Shown: positions 1 through 14,483 of the stretch, one piece after another | Layout: every line of letters begins with the position of its first letter | Position numbering within the stretch: position 1 is the stretch's first letter | DNA from: Eledone cirrhosa | Taxonomy: Eukaryota | Direction of reading: 5' to 3' | NCBI GenBank assembly: GCA_964016885.1 | Contig: OZ024740.1 | Span: forward strand, 287,866,001 to 287,930,000 | DNA: 64,000 nt | The notes under the pieces: generated by a model | The model's input: only the letters and a program-made list of their open reading frames with translations | The model's database searches: none | What the model was told of the DNA's origin: nothing | Position numbers and translations under genes: made by a program

Positions 1-3000
1 ACAACCTAAAGACTGCCATGACACTATTATGACACCCTCAAGACTACCATGACACATATGACACCCACAAGACTGCCATGACACTATTATTACACCCACA
101 AGACTGCCATGCCACTATTATGACACCCTCAAGACTACGATGACACCCACAAGACTACCATGACACTATTATGACACCCACAAGACTGCCATGACACTAT
201 TATGACACCCACAAGACTACTATGACACTATTATGACACCCTCAAGACTACCATGACACTATTATGACACCCTCAAGACTGCCATGACACTATTATGACA
301 CCCACAAGACTACCATGACACTATTATGACACCCTCAAGCCTACCATGACACTATTATGACACCCACAAGACTGCCATGACACTATTATGACACTATTAT
401 GACACCCTCAAGACTACCATGACACTATTATGACATCCACAAGACTACCATGACACATATGACACCCTCAAGACTACCATGACATCATTATGACACCCTC
501 AATACTGCCATGACACTATTATGACACCTTCAAGACTACCATGACACATAGGACACCCACAAGACTACCATGACACTATTATGACATCCACAAGACTACC
601 ATGACACATATGACACCCTCAAGACTACCATGACACTATTATGACACCCACAAGACTACCATGACACATATGACACCCTCAAGACTACCATGACACTATT
701 ATGACACCCACAAGACTGCCATGACACTATTATGACACCCTCAAGACTGCCATGACACTATTATGACACCCTCAAGACTACCATGACACTATTATGACAC
801 CCTCAAGACTGCCATGACACCCACAAGACTACCATGACACTATTATTACACCCACAAGACTAGCATGACACTATTATGACACCCACAAGACTAGCATGAC
901 ACTATTATAACACCCACAATACTACCATGACACTATTATGACATCCACAAGACTAGCATGACACATATGACACCCTCAAGACTACCATGACACTATTATG
1001 ACACCCTCAAGACTACCATGACACTATTATGACACCCTCAAGACTACCATGACACCCACAAGACTACCATGAGACTATTATGACACCCACACGACTACCA
1101 TGACACATATGACACCCTCAAGACTACCTTGAGACTATTATGACACCCACAAGACTACCATGACACTATTATGACACCATCAAGACTACCATGACACTAT
1201 TATGACACCCACAAGACTACCATGACACATATGACACACTCAAGACTACCATGACACATATGACACCCACAAGACTGCCATGACACTATTATGACACCCA
1301 CAAGACTACCATGACACTATTATGACACCCTCAAGACTACCCTGACACTATTATGACATCCACAAGACTTCTATGACACATATGACACACTCAATACTAC
1401 CATGACACTATTATGACACCCTCAAGACTACCATGACACTATTATGACACCCACAAGACTACCATGACACTATTATGACACCCTCAAGACTACCATGACA
1501 CATATGACACCCAGAAGACTGCCATGCCACTATTATGACAACCTAAAGACTGCCATGACACTATTATGACACCGACAAGACTACCATGACACATATGACA
1601 CCCACAAGACTACCATGACACATATGACACCCACAAGACTGCCATGACACTATTATTACACCCACAAGACTGCCATGACACTATTATGACACATATGAAA
1701 CCCACAAGACTACCATGACACTATTATTACACCCTCAAGCCTACCATGACGCTATTATGACACCCACAAGACTGCCATGACACTATTATGACACCCATAA
1801 GACTGCCATAACACTATTATGACACCCTCAAGACTACCATGACACTATTATGACATCCACAAGACTACCATGACACTATTATGACACACACAAGACTGCC
1901 ATGACACTATTATGACATCCACAAGACTACCATGACACATATGACACCCTCAAGACTACCATGACACTATTATGACATCCACAAGACTACCATGACACAT
2001 ATGACACCCACAAGACTGCCATGACACTATTATTACACCCTCATGACACCCACAAGACTGTCATGACACTATTATGACACCCTCAAGACTACCATGACGC
2101 TATTATGACATCCACAAGACTACCATGACACATATGACACCTTCAAGACTACCATGACACTATTTTGACACCCTCAAGACTACCATGACACTATTATGAC
2201 ACCCTCAAGATTACGATGACACATATGACACCCACAATACTACCATGACACTATTATGACACCAACAAGACTACCATGACACATAAGACACCCTCAAGAC
2301 TACCATGACACTATTATGACATCCACAAGACTACCATGACACATATGACACCCTCAAGACTACCATGACACTATTATTACACCCATAAGACTACCATGAC
2401 ACATATGACACCCTCAAGACTGCCATGACACTATTATTACACCCACAAGACTGCCATGACACTATTATGACATCCACAAGACTACCATGACACTATTATT
2501 ACACCACAAGACTACCATGACACATATGACACCCACAAGACTGCCATGACACTATTATTACACCGACAAGACTACCATGACACATATGACACCCACAAGA
2601 CTGCCATGACACTATTACGACACCCACAAGACTACCATGACACTATTATTACACCCACAAGACTACCATGACACATATGACACCCTCAAGACTGCCATGC
2701 CACTATTATTACACCCACAAGACTGCCATGACACTATTATGACATCCACAAGACTACCATGACACTATTATGACATCCACAAGACTACCATGACACATAT
2801 GACACCCACAAGACTGCCATGACACTATTATGACACCCTCAAGACTACCCTGACACTATTATGACACCCTCAAGACTACCATGACACATATGACACCCTC
2901 AAGACTACCATGCCACTATTATGACACCCTCAAGACTGCCATGACACTATTATGACACCCTCAAGACTATCATGACACTATTATGACACTCTCAAGACTA

Positions 3001-6000
3001 CCATGACACTATTATGACACCCAGAAGACTGCCATGACACTATTATGACACCCAGAAGACTGCCATGACACTATTATGACACCCACAAGACTACCATGAC
3101 ACATATGACACCCTCAAGACTACCATGACACTATCATGACACCCTCAAGACTACCATGACACTATTATGACACCCACAAGACTACCATGACACTATTATT
3201 ACACCCACAAGACTACCATGACACTATTATGACACCCTCAAGACTACCATGACACTATTATGACAACCTCAAGACTGCCATGACACTATTATGACACCCA
3301 CAAGACTACCATGACACATATGACACCCACAAGACTGCCATGACACTATTATGACATCCTCAAGACTACCATGACACTATTATGACACCCTCAAGACTAC
3401 CATGACACTGTTATTACACCCACAAGACTGCCCTGACACTATTATGACACCCACAAGACTGCCATGACACTATTATGACACCCACAAGACTACCATGACA
3501 CTATTATGACAACCTCAAGACTACCATGACACTATTATTACACCCACAAGACTACCATGACACTATTATGACATCCTCAAGACTACCATGACACTATCAT
3601 GACACCCTCAAGACTACCATCACACTATTATGACACCCTCAAGACTACCATGACACTGTTATTACACCCACAAGACTGCCCTGACACTATTATGACACCC
3701 ACAAGACTACCATGACACTATAATGACACCCTCAAGACTACCATGACACTATTATGACATCCTCAAGACTGCCATGACACTATTATGACACCCACAAGAC
3801 TACCATAACACTATTATGACACCCAGAAGACTACCATGACACTATTATGACACTCTCAAGACTACCATGACACTATAATGACACCCTCAAGACTACCATG
3901 ACACTATTATGACATCCTCAAGACTGCCATGACACTATTATGACACCCTCAAGACTACCATGACACTATTATGACACCCTCAAGACTACCATGACACTGT
4001 TATTACACCCACAAGACTGCCATGACACTATTATGACATCCACAAGACTACCATATCACTATTATGACACCCAGAAGACTGCCATGACACTATTATGACA
4101 CCCACAAGACTACCATGACACTATTATGACACCCACAAGACTGCCATGACACTATTATGACACCCTCAAGACTACCATGACACTATTATGACACCCACAA
4201 GACTACCATGACACATATGACACCCTCAAGACTACCATGACACTATTATGACACCCTCAAGACTACCATGACACTATTATGACACCCTCAAGACTACCAT
4301 GACACATATGACACCCTCAAGACTACCATGCCACTATTATGACACCCTCAAGACTGCCATGACACTATTATGACACCCTCAAGACTATCATGACACTATT
4401 ATGACACTCTCAAGACTACCATGACACTATTATGACACCCAGAAGACTGCCATGACACTATTATGACACCCAGAAGACTGCCATGACACTATTATGACAC
4501 CCTTAAGACTACCATGACACTATTATGACACCCACAAGACTACCATGACACATATGACACCCTCAAGACTACCATGACACTATTATGACACCCTCAAGAC
4601 TACCATGACACTATTATGACACCCACAAGACTACCATGACACTATTATTACACCCACAAGACTACCATGACACTATTATGACACCCTCAAGACTACCATG
4701 ACACTATTATGACACCCACAAGACTACCATGACACATATGACACCCTCAAGACTACCATGACACTATTATGACACCCTCAAGACTACCATGACACTATTA
4801 TGACACCCACAAGACTACCATGACACTATTATTACACCCACAAGACTACTATGACACTATTATGACACCCTCAAGACTACCATGACACTATTATGACACC
4901 CACAAGACTACCATGACACTATTATGACTCCCTCAAGACTACCATGACACTATTATTACACCCACAAGACTACCATGACACTATTATGACACCCACAAGA
5001 CTACCATGACACTATTATGACACCCTCAAGACTACCATGACACTATTATTACACCCACAAGACTGCCATGACACTATTATGACACCAACAAGACTGCCAT
5101 GACACTATTATGACACCCTCAAGACTACCATGACACTATTATGACACCCACAAGACTGCCATGACACTATTATGACACCAACAAGACTGCCATGACACTA
5201 TTATGACACCCACAAGACTACCATGACACTATTATGACACCCACAAGACTACTATGACACTATTATGACACCCTCAAGACTACCATGACACTATTATGAC
5301 ACCCTCAAGACTACCATGACACTATTATGACACCCACAAGACTACCATGACACTATTATGACACCCACAAGACTACCATGACACTATTATGACACCCTCA
5401 AGACTACCATGACACTATTATTACACCCACAAGACTGCCATGACACTATTATGACACCAACAAGACTGCCATGACACTATTATAACACCCTCAAGACTAC
5501 CATGACACTATTATTACACCCACAAGACTGCCATGACACTATTATGACACCAACAAGACTGCCATGACACTATTATGACACCCACAAGACTACCATGACA
5601 CTATTATGACACCCACAAGACTACTATGACACTATTATGACACCCTCAAGACTACCATGACACTATTATGACACCCTCAAGACTACCATGACACTATTAT
5701 GACACCCACAAGACTACCATGACACTATTATGACACCCTCAAGACTACCATGACACTATTATGACACCCACAAGACTACCATGACACTATTATGACACCC
5801 TCAAGACTACCATGACACTATTATGACACCCTCAAGACTGCCATGACACTATTATGACACCCTCAAGACTATCATGACACTATTATGACACTCTCAAGAC
5901 TACCATGACACTATTATGACACCCAGAAGACTGCCATGACACTATTATGACACCCAGAAGACTGCCATGACACTATTATGACACCCTCAAGACTACCATG

Positions 6001-8092
6001 ACACTATTATGACACCCACAAGACTACCATGACACATATGACACCCTCAAGACTACCATTACACTATTATGACACCCTCAAGACTACCATGACACTATTA
6101 TGACACCCACAAGACTACCATGACACTATTATTACACCCACAAGACTACCATGACACTATTATGACACCCTCAAGACTACCATGACACTATTATGACACC
6201 CACAAGACTACCATGACACTATTATGACTCCCTCATGACTACCATGACACTATTATTACACCCACAAGACTACCATGACACTATTATGACACCCACAAGA
6301 CTACCATGACACTATTATGACACCCTCAAGACTACCATGACACTATTATGACACCCTCAAGACTACCATGACACTATTATGACACCCACAAGACCACCAT
6401 GACACTATTATGACACCCTCAAGACTACCATGACACTATTATGACACCCTCAAGACTACCATGACACTATTATGACACCCACAAGACTACCATGACACTA
6501 TTATGACACCCTCAAGACTACCATGACACTATTATGACACCCACAAGACTACCATGACACTATTATGACACCCTCAAGACTACCATGACACTATTATGAC
6601 ACCCTCAAGACTGCCATGACACTATTATGACACCCTCAAGACTATCATGACACTATTATGACACTCTCAAGACTACCATGACACTATTATGACACCCAGA
6701 AGACTGCCATGACACTATTATGACACCCAGAAGACTGCCATGACACTATTATGACACCCTCAAGACTACCATGACACTATTATGACACCCACAAGACTAC
6801 CATGACACATATGACACCCTCAAGACTACCATGACACTATTATGACACCCTCAAGACTACCATGACACTATTATGACACCCACAAGACTACCATGACACT
6901 ATTATTACACCCACAAGACTACCATGACACTATTATGACACCCTCAAGACTACCATGACACTATTATGACACCCACAAGACTACCATGACACTATTATGA
7001 CTCCCTCAAGACTACCATGACACTATTATTACACCCACAAGACTACCATGACACTATTATGACACCCACAAGACTGCCATGACACTATTATGACACCAAC
7101 AAGACTGCCATGACACTATTATGACACCCTCAAGACTACCATGACACTATTATTACACCCACAAGACTACCATGGCACTACTATGACACCCACAAGACTA
7201 CCATGACACTATTATGACACCCTCAAGACTACCATGACACTATTATGACACCCTCAAGACTACCATGACACTATTATGACACCCACAAGACCACCATGAC
7301 ACTATTATGACACCCTCAAGACTACCATGACACTATTATGACACCCTCAAGACTGCCATGACACTATTATGACACCCACAAGGCTACCATGACACTATTA
7401 TGACACCCTCAAGACTACCATGACACTATTATGACACCCACAAGGCTACCATGACACTATTATGACACCCACAAGACTGCCATGACACTATTATGACACC
7501 CACAAGACTGCCATGACACTATTATGACACCCACAAGACTACTATGACACTATTATGACACCCACAAGACTGCCATGACACTATTATGACACCCTCAAGA
7601 CTACCATGACACTATTATGACACCCTCAAGACTACCATGACACTATTATGACACCCAGAAGACTGCCATGACACTATTATGACACCCACAATACTACCAT
7701 GACACTATTATTACACCCTCAAGACTACCATGACACTATTATGACACCCTCAAGACTACCATGACACTATTATGACACCCACAAGACTGCCCTGACACTA
7801 TTATGACACCCACAATACTACCATGACATTATTATGACACCCACAAGACTGCCCTGATACTATTATGACACCCACAAGACTACCATGACACTATTATGAC
7901 ACCCACAATACTACCATGACATTATTATGACACCCACAAGACTGCCCTGACACTATTATGACACCCACAAGACTACCATGACACTATTATGACACCCACA
8001 AAACTACCATGACACTATTATGACACCCACAAGACTACCATGACACTATTATGACACCCTCAAGACTGCCATGACACCCACAAGAATGTCAT
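1..8092. repeat. 31-bp satellite GACACTATTAT-GACACCC(T/A)CAA-GACT(A/G)CCAT, roughly 260 monomers, runs off the left edge
   Basis: Directly visible tandem array; 29-bp (GACACATAT) and 20-bp variants present. Confidence 0.99.
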
Positions 8093-8256
8093 GATCAAGA
8101 CACCTAACAGTATTGACAATGTCTTTACTCAGAAACAAGCCATGTATCTGCTGTCACTCAATCACTGGACTTATTTATCACAGTTGTTTTTCATGTCTCT
8201 GAAGCTAGTTTCCTTCTGTAGTATCTAATATTCTCATATGTTGCCTGTTGTTTCAG

Positions 8257-8374
8257 CAAAGCCGAAGCACCACCACACCATTGTAAAGCAGAAGGTATGT
8301 TGTACCTGCTGAACACAATTGAATCATTCAAGCAATTTAATCAAAAAGAAATTTTGGGAAAAACAGCAGAGCAG
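8257..8374 (+). CDS. ATG7: ATG7 exon a (KAEAPPHHCKAEGMLYLLNTIESFKQFNQKEILGKTAEQ)
   Basis: tttcag acceptor, gtgagg donor; NTIESFK matches conserved NT(L/I)ESFK. Confidence 0.9.
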
Positions 8375-8431
8375 GTGAGGGATCACTGATATGACTATCT
8401 ACATTATTTAATGTATTCTTTCTTTACTTAT

Positions 8432-8715
8432 GAAGGCATGCAGCCAAGTGGTTAAGGTGTTGGGCTCACAATCATAAGGTCATTAGTTTGATTACTGGAA
8501 CAGACTGTGCATTGTGTCTTTGAGCAAGACACTTCATTTCACATTGATCCAGTCCATTCAGTTGACAAATGAGTACCAGTAGTAGTAGCAGCTGGGGGTT
8601 AACCCTGAAATAGACTGGTGGGAGGGGAGCTACCATATACTCTCAGTCGCTTAATGTCAATGAAACCAGGTTAAATTCTGGCTTGATGAACCACTAGGCT
8701 TGAGACAGACTTTAA
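8432..8715 (+). mobile_element. tRNA-derived SINE family B (further copies near 11619, 19760, 45410 on +; 23300, 27065, 46850, 57700 on -)
   Basis: tRNA-like head ..agtggttaaggtgttggg..; body GTGTC(C/T)TTGAGCAAGACACTT..TTTCACATTG. Confidence 0.75.
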
Positions 8716-9277
8716 CAAACTAAACTATTAGTCCTTACTTAAAGCAGTTGGATTGATTTGAGGGAGATATTGTTGCTATTTCCTGTGTTTAATAAGATTC
8801 ATGTCTGAATTTATAAAAAGGACATTTAACAGATTGCCAACACACTGCAACCCTTTGCTCATCAACATACTGTATCCTCTTACTTGTCTTTTCTATTGAT
8901 ATTGCAATGGCTCCTGCTTGTGTGAACTAGTAATAAGCTGTGTAGCACCTGATACTGCCACCTCACTTGTTCTCATTGTTTCTACTGAATCTTACTTGTC
9001 AAACCTTTTACTAAATGCTTCATCTAATCCTTCCTTATCACAACTGCATTCCTCTAGAAGACCTTCCATGTTTATGTTTTCCCTACAGACATCAGTTATA
9101 TCTACCTCACAAGGGCTATAGGTAGTGTGCTTCTTTGTTGGACTACATAACAAAAGAAACCCTAAAATCTACTAATACTAATCCTGTGTGATTTTTCATT
9201 TGTTACTGCATCTCTGAGGACTGGATATCATTGAGATCAACATGATCTAGAGCATATTTACCTTCTACATGGATTAT

Positions 9278-9872
9278 TTCACAACTATTGAACCAGTCAT
9301 GTTGAGATGTTCCGCAACTGTTGAATCAGCTATGATGAAATGTCTCACAACTGTTGAACCAGCCATATTGAGATGTTCCACAGCTGTTGAACCAGCCATG
9401 TTGAGATGTCTCACAACTATTGAACCAGTCATGTTGAGATGTCTCACAATTCTTGAACCAGCTACGATGAAATGTCTTACAACTGTTGAACCAGCCATAT
9501 GAGATGTTCCACAGCTGTTGAACCAGCCATTTTAGATGTCTCACAACTGTTGAATCAGCCATGATGAGATGTTCCACAACTGTTGAACCAGACATGTTGA
9601 GATGTCTCACAACTATTGAACCAGCCATGATGAGATGTCTCTCAACTGTTGAACCAGCTATGTTGAGATGTCTCTCAACTGTTGAACCAGCTATGATAAG
9701 ATGTTTCACAACTGTTGAATCAGCCATAATGAGATGTGACACAACTGTTGAGCCAGGCATGTTGAGATGTGACACAACTGTTGAACCAGCCATGTTCCAC
9801 AACGGTTGAGCCAGCAATGTTGAGATATATCATAACTATTGAGCCAGTCATGTTTAGATGTTGCACAACAGT
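9278..9872. repeat. 33-bp minisatellite ACAACTGTTGAACCAGCCATGTTGAGATGTCTC, ~18 copies
   Basis: Visible tandem units; gives spurious 11-aa-periodic ORFs. Confidence 0.97.
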
Positions 9873-10636
9873 TATGACTCTTCAGTGATTCATATGATTT
9901 TTATCACATTGGATTTGTAACAGAATTTACAGTGGATGTGACAGAGAAATAATGGATGTTGTGTAGTAATAGTAGTTTGGTTACTGCCACACTTGAGTAG
10001 TAGTAGTGGCAATAGTAGTAGTCATATATGTAATCTACAGTGGATATATAATCTATATAACTTAGTCGCTTTCGCCACAAACTCTGGTACTGTGGCCCAC
10101 AATGTAAAGGACAGGAAGACAAGCAAATACCAGGGTTTGTCTGGCTACTTCCTCTTTGCATTGGTCGCTGTCAAGATCTCAGGCATCCTCGGACCCTGTA
10201 CAACTGTTCTCCCCTGTAAAGTAAAATCAGAATGACAGCAGCCCGTCTGAAGAAGGAGCCCAGCAAGGTGGAGCTGACTGTTGCAGTAGGTGTTGTTGGC
10301 CATTGTACAGGGGACACAGCCAAAACACTGCTCTAACATAAGTGTAGAGTCCATTACCCTCTCCCCCTTTTCCTTTTTTCTTTCATTGCTTAATAATCCT
10401 TGCTCTTTCCCTCCCATTTATAGTCATTTCCAATGCTACTTTATTTTTCTATATGTTGGACTAAATATTGAATTCTTTATTATTATTTTTATGTAATTTT
10501 ATCCATTAATTGATTAAAGAAGTTTCTTTCTGAGCCTTAAAAAAAGCTCTATAATTATAATGATTATTTAAATACATGCTGAATGAGAAACTGCTATTAT
10601 ATGTGAAATATTTGTAATGCTGTAATGTATTTTCAG

Positions 10637-10714
10637 ATATTCAATGATATTAAATCAGGGAAAGCAATGGAGAACCCCAATCTACTGACTCAGTTTATCA
10701 TGCTGTCATTTGCT
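10637..10714 (+). CDS. ATG7: ATG7 exon b (IFNDIKSGKAMENPNLLTQFIMLSFA)
   Basis: tttcag / gtaagt; matches IWESIKSG..LENP.LL.KF.LL.FA. Confidence 0.93.
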
Positions 10715-10877
10715 GTAAGTAGAGGCAGTGGTTATATCTAATTTCATTGTTTAATCAGCCTTTTGTCGACTGAGTTGATAGGGTCAGCTGGCCTAAGAGT
10801 CAGTGGTTCATATCCTTTCATTGATACTGTGTTCTTGGTCAAGGCAGTTGATACTTAACAGCCATGTCCATTTAGCT

Positions 10878-11106
10878 TTAACCCTTTAGCATTTAAACCG
10901 GCTGTATCCGGCCAGAATTTTCTCACCTCTCTCTGTTCAAACTGGCCATAACTGGTCCCTCATACTGATATTCAGGTATTGTTCTCAAAATAAATAATAT
11001 CAAAATCTCATAGATTCAATATTATGTGAGATAATTATGTGAGATAAAGCCTTTACCATGAAAATATAATAGTAAATATAGAGTAACCTAAATGTTAAAG
11101 GGTTAA
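10878..11106. mobile_element. piggyBac-type MITE copy 1
   Basis: TTAA-CCCTTTAGCATTTA ... TAAATGTTAAAGGG-TTAA. Confidence 0.85.
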
Positions 11107-11342
11107 ATAAGCACCACAGGATGGTAATCATTGTTGTTTTTATTGTTTAACCCTAGATAAGACCTGATTGAGCAGACCTATAATCAGAGCCATTCTAGTC
11201 ATCCCATCTCTTTTGACATAGTTTATATCAAATTACATTATTCAGTGTGTCATTTCTTATTTTTAAGAGATGGTAGGGTGTGATTTGAGAGAGATTTGGT
11301 TACTATTTCTGGCAGGTGAAACGACCATGTAGAAGTTGTAGC

Positions 11343-11478
11343 ATAATTTGCTGCAGTGTAAATTTGTAACATAAGTTGCTGCAGTGTAAATTTGTAACAT
11401 AATTTGCTGCAGTGTAAATTTGTAACATAAGTTGCTGCAGTGTAAATTTGTAACATAAGTTGCTGCAGTGTAAATTTG
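11343..11478. repeat. 28-bp minisatellite ATAA(G/T)TTGCTGCAGTGTAAATTTGTAAC, ~5 copies
   Basis: CTGCAG recurs every 28 bp (11351, 11379, ...). Confidence 0.95.
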
Positions 11479-11804
11479 ATAAGTGTCTTACCATCTTAGA
11501 AAGCTCAGTTCAAGTCCTCTTGTGAACCTGAGGGCCATCACAGAAACATTAATAACATGACCCCACTTTTAATGATATTACTAGCACTCTAGAAATAAAA
11601 TATATATGTATATGAGTGAAGGTGTACGACTTAGTAATTATGGTGTTGGGCTTAGGAGTGTAATATCATCAGTTCAATTCCTGGACCAAGTGGCATATTT
11701 TATGTTCATGTAGTCAACTGAAAATGAGTACCAAGAGCAGCAGTAGTTGGGAGTTAACATTGCCAAATAGTTTTATACAGACATCAATGTGTAATAGTAA
11801 TATA

Positions 11805-12915
11805 CATAACCAGCAAAGCATATTACACATCCACCAGAGCATGCAAGCTTCATTTCTTTCTAATCTGTGTAGGTCCTCTGCACACAGTGCTTGGGTCTCA
11901 CTACTGTGCAGCATTGCTGTTCATATACATGCATCATACAATCTGCCCTTCATTTTGAGAGAAAACCCTAGCTAGCAGTGGTAAATAGCTCCCTGAACTT
12001 CATCCCATTTCTCACTCTGGCTACTGTATTTTTGGAACACCTATCTCTACTGCTAATTTGGTCACGTTGGTAACTGAAGCTGTTAACTGATGAATTTGAT
12101 AAAGCTTGTTTCTTGTGATTGCTTACTGCTCCTGTGCTTCGACTATATGTAAAATTTATGTTCTTTGCTAGCCTACCCGAGATCCCATTACATTTCTTGA
12201 GTATTCATAGTTTGCATTTGGGACAGAAGATGGAATTTCTACACACTGAGCAGGGCCATTTCCCTGAAGGGATCAGGGCCTTGTTTTCCTTTCTACTTAC
12301 TAGGAGTTTAGTCTTTGCCAAGTTGACTTTACAACCTTTTGATTCCAGGTTATGCTTTCACGTCGGGAATTTTTTCTGTAGTTCTGTCATAGATTCAGTT
12401 ATGAGAGTTAGATCATCAGCGTATAGGAGTTCCCAAGGGTATCCTATTTTAAACTCTTCTGTGATAGCCTGGAGAACAATAATAAATAGGAGAGGGATGA
12501 TGGACTCCAGCTTGCATGCTAAACTCCTTACAACAGTCATTGTTAATTTTAACCTTACTGACTGCACTTTTGTTCATAGCTTGTACCTCCCTCACAAGCC
12601 ACTTGTTTAATCCCTAGTCTCCCAAGTGCCCACCAGATTACAGAACTGATGACCCTGTCAAAAGCTTTCTCCAGCTCAACAAATTACTTTTAGCTAGGTA
12701 CTTCTCCTGCAGTTGCATCACAAGGAAGAGAGCATCCGTGGTACTTTTACTTGGCACAAACTCAAACTGCATCTCATCTAGGTTAATTTGATCCCTAATC
12801 AATTGTACAAAAATTCTTTCTGTAATGTTCATGACCTTGTCCATTCGTTTGATGCCTCAGTAGGTTTCTCTGGCTAGAGCATCACCTTTGCCCTTGTAGC
12901 TATTGATGAGGATCC
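11805..12915 (-). mobile_element. Degraded RTE-clade LINE fragment
   Basis: Minus-strand fragments YKGKGDAL, DEMQF, PWELLYADDL, LHSSET..RLERNEA. Confidence 0.9.
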
Positions 12916-12928
12916 TGCTATGCCAGTC

Positions 12929-12979
<51 letters not shown>

Positions 12980-13133
12980 GGATATGGATAAAGATCCCAT
13001 AACTCCTTGATGATGATGATGATGATATATATATGTAATAAGGTAGTAATAAATTACTGACCTTCCCTGTTTATAGCTTAAAATATACATAACTATAAAA
13101 AGTTTAAAATATACATAACTATAAATAGTATCC

Positions 13134-13204
<71 letters not shown>

Positions 13205-13615
13205 AAAGAAGAAATTAAAAGATGGTTAAAGAAGTTCCATATATTTTATTATGCGCATTTCGAAAACAACATCATCCTGGGACAAAAGTTGTGTTCACAT
13301 CAGATAAAATAAGGTAACATGTTATGAGGCCTAAAAACACTTGTCAACAGGAAAGTGCAAGGTCTACAACAGCACTTTCCTGTTGACAAGTGTTTTTAGG
13401 CCTCATATCATGTTACCTTATTTTATCTGATGTGAACACAACTTTTGTCCCAGGATGATGTTGTTTTCGAAATGCGCATAATAAAATATATGGAACTTCT
13501 TTAACCATCTTTTAATTTCTTCTTTAATATATACTCCAGTTCTACCAATTGTTGAGTGCTACTTATCTGATATATGCATAGTTTTATTGTTCTACAATAT
13601 TACTCACTTTCTACA
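13205..13615. mobile_element. Foldback element, hammerhead family 1 (154-bp arms, 13-nt loop)
   Basis: 13205-13358 is the reverse complement of 13372-13525 (one mismatch seen); (TA)n flanks. Confidence 0.85.
13419..13488 (+). ncRNA. Type I hammerhead-like motif, family 1 (A9->U variant)
   Basis: TATTTTAT-CTGATGT-GAACACAAC..GTTGTTTTC-GAAA-TGCGCA-TA-ATAAAATA. Confidence 0.7.
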
Positions 13616-13630
13616 TATATATATATATAT

Positions 13631-14408
13631 ATAAATGGAAAAAATGAAACGAAATTTCATTTCTACTTAAATATAAGTATGTATACGTACATACATATAT
13701 GTATACAGACGTACAGTAGTATGTATATATATATACATACATGCACACATATATATATGTACGTATGGATTTACCGAGCATTTATTATAATGCTCAGTTT
13801 GTTTGAAAACAAACATCCCGAATTAAGTCGTACAGTGTTTAGCAACCATCGTTGCCCTTTTGTTCAACACTGACAAAGGAACGCTGTACTAGTTTCAAGC
13901 TTATTAGCTATCGTCAGCACCGTATACCTTCCTGCCAGATGATTGAACGTCTGAAAGTATATAGTTTCCTTATGCATATTAACGGCTGAGCAGCCTAATT
14001 TGCATATCGAGTGAGTTAATCGGCCAGGCGCACCGAAAACGATAAATGGAAAAAATGAAACGAAATTTCATTTCTCACTCTTAGTACGGCTGTTACTTAA
14101 ATATAAGTATGTATACGTACATACACATATGTATACAGATGTACAGTAGCATAGACGATAGTATAGACGATAGCTAATAAGCTTGAAACTAGTACATCGT
14201 TCCTTTGTCAGTGTTGAACAAAAGAGCAACGATGGTTGCTAGACACTGTACGGTTTAATTCGGGATGTTTGTTTACAAACAAACCGAGCATTATAATAAA
14301 TGCTCGGTAAATCCATACGTACATATATATATGTGTGCATGTATGTATATATATACATACTACTATACGTCTGTATACATATGTGTATGTACGTATACAT
14401 ACTTATAT
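13631..14408. mobile_element. Hammerhead family 2 element, locus 1 (minus partial tandem + inverted arm)
   Basis: 13631 unit restarts at 14042; 14166-14408 is inverted; homologous to 38452-39600. Confidence 0.85.
13880..13923 (-). ncRNA. Minimal type I hammerhead, family 2
   Basis: ACGGTG-CTGACGA-TAGCTAATAAGCTT-GAAA-CTAG-TA-CAGCGT. Confidence 0.72.
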
Positions 14409-14451
14409 ATATATATTTATACCCTTGCAAGCAGGGAAAAGCGGACGTAAA

Positions 14452-14483
<32 letters not shown>

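Noticed and set aside
1-8092. CRISPR array (31-bp periodic repeat)
   Set aside because: Head-to-tail monomers with no unique spacers, no cas genes and a eukaryotic context
9269-9817. Repetitive ORFs on both strands
   Set aside because: Produced by the 33-bp minisatellite; no splice or homology support
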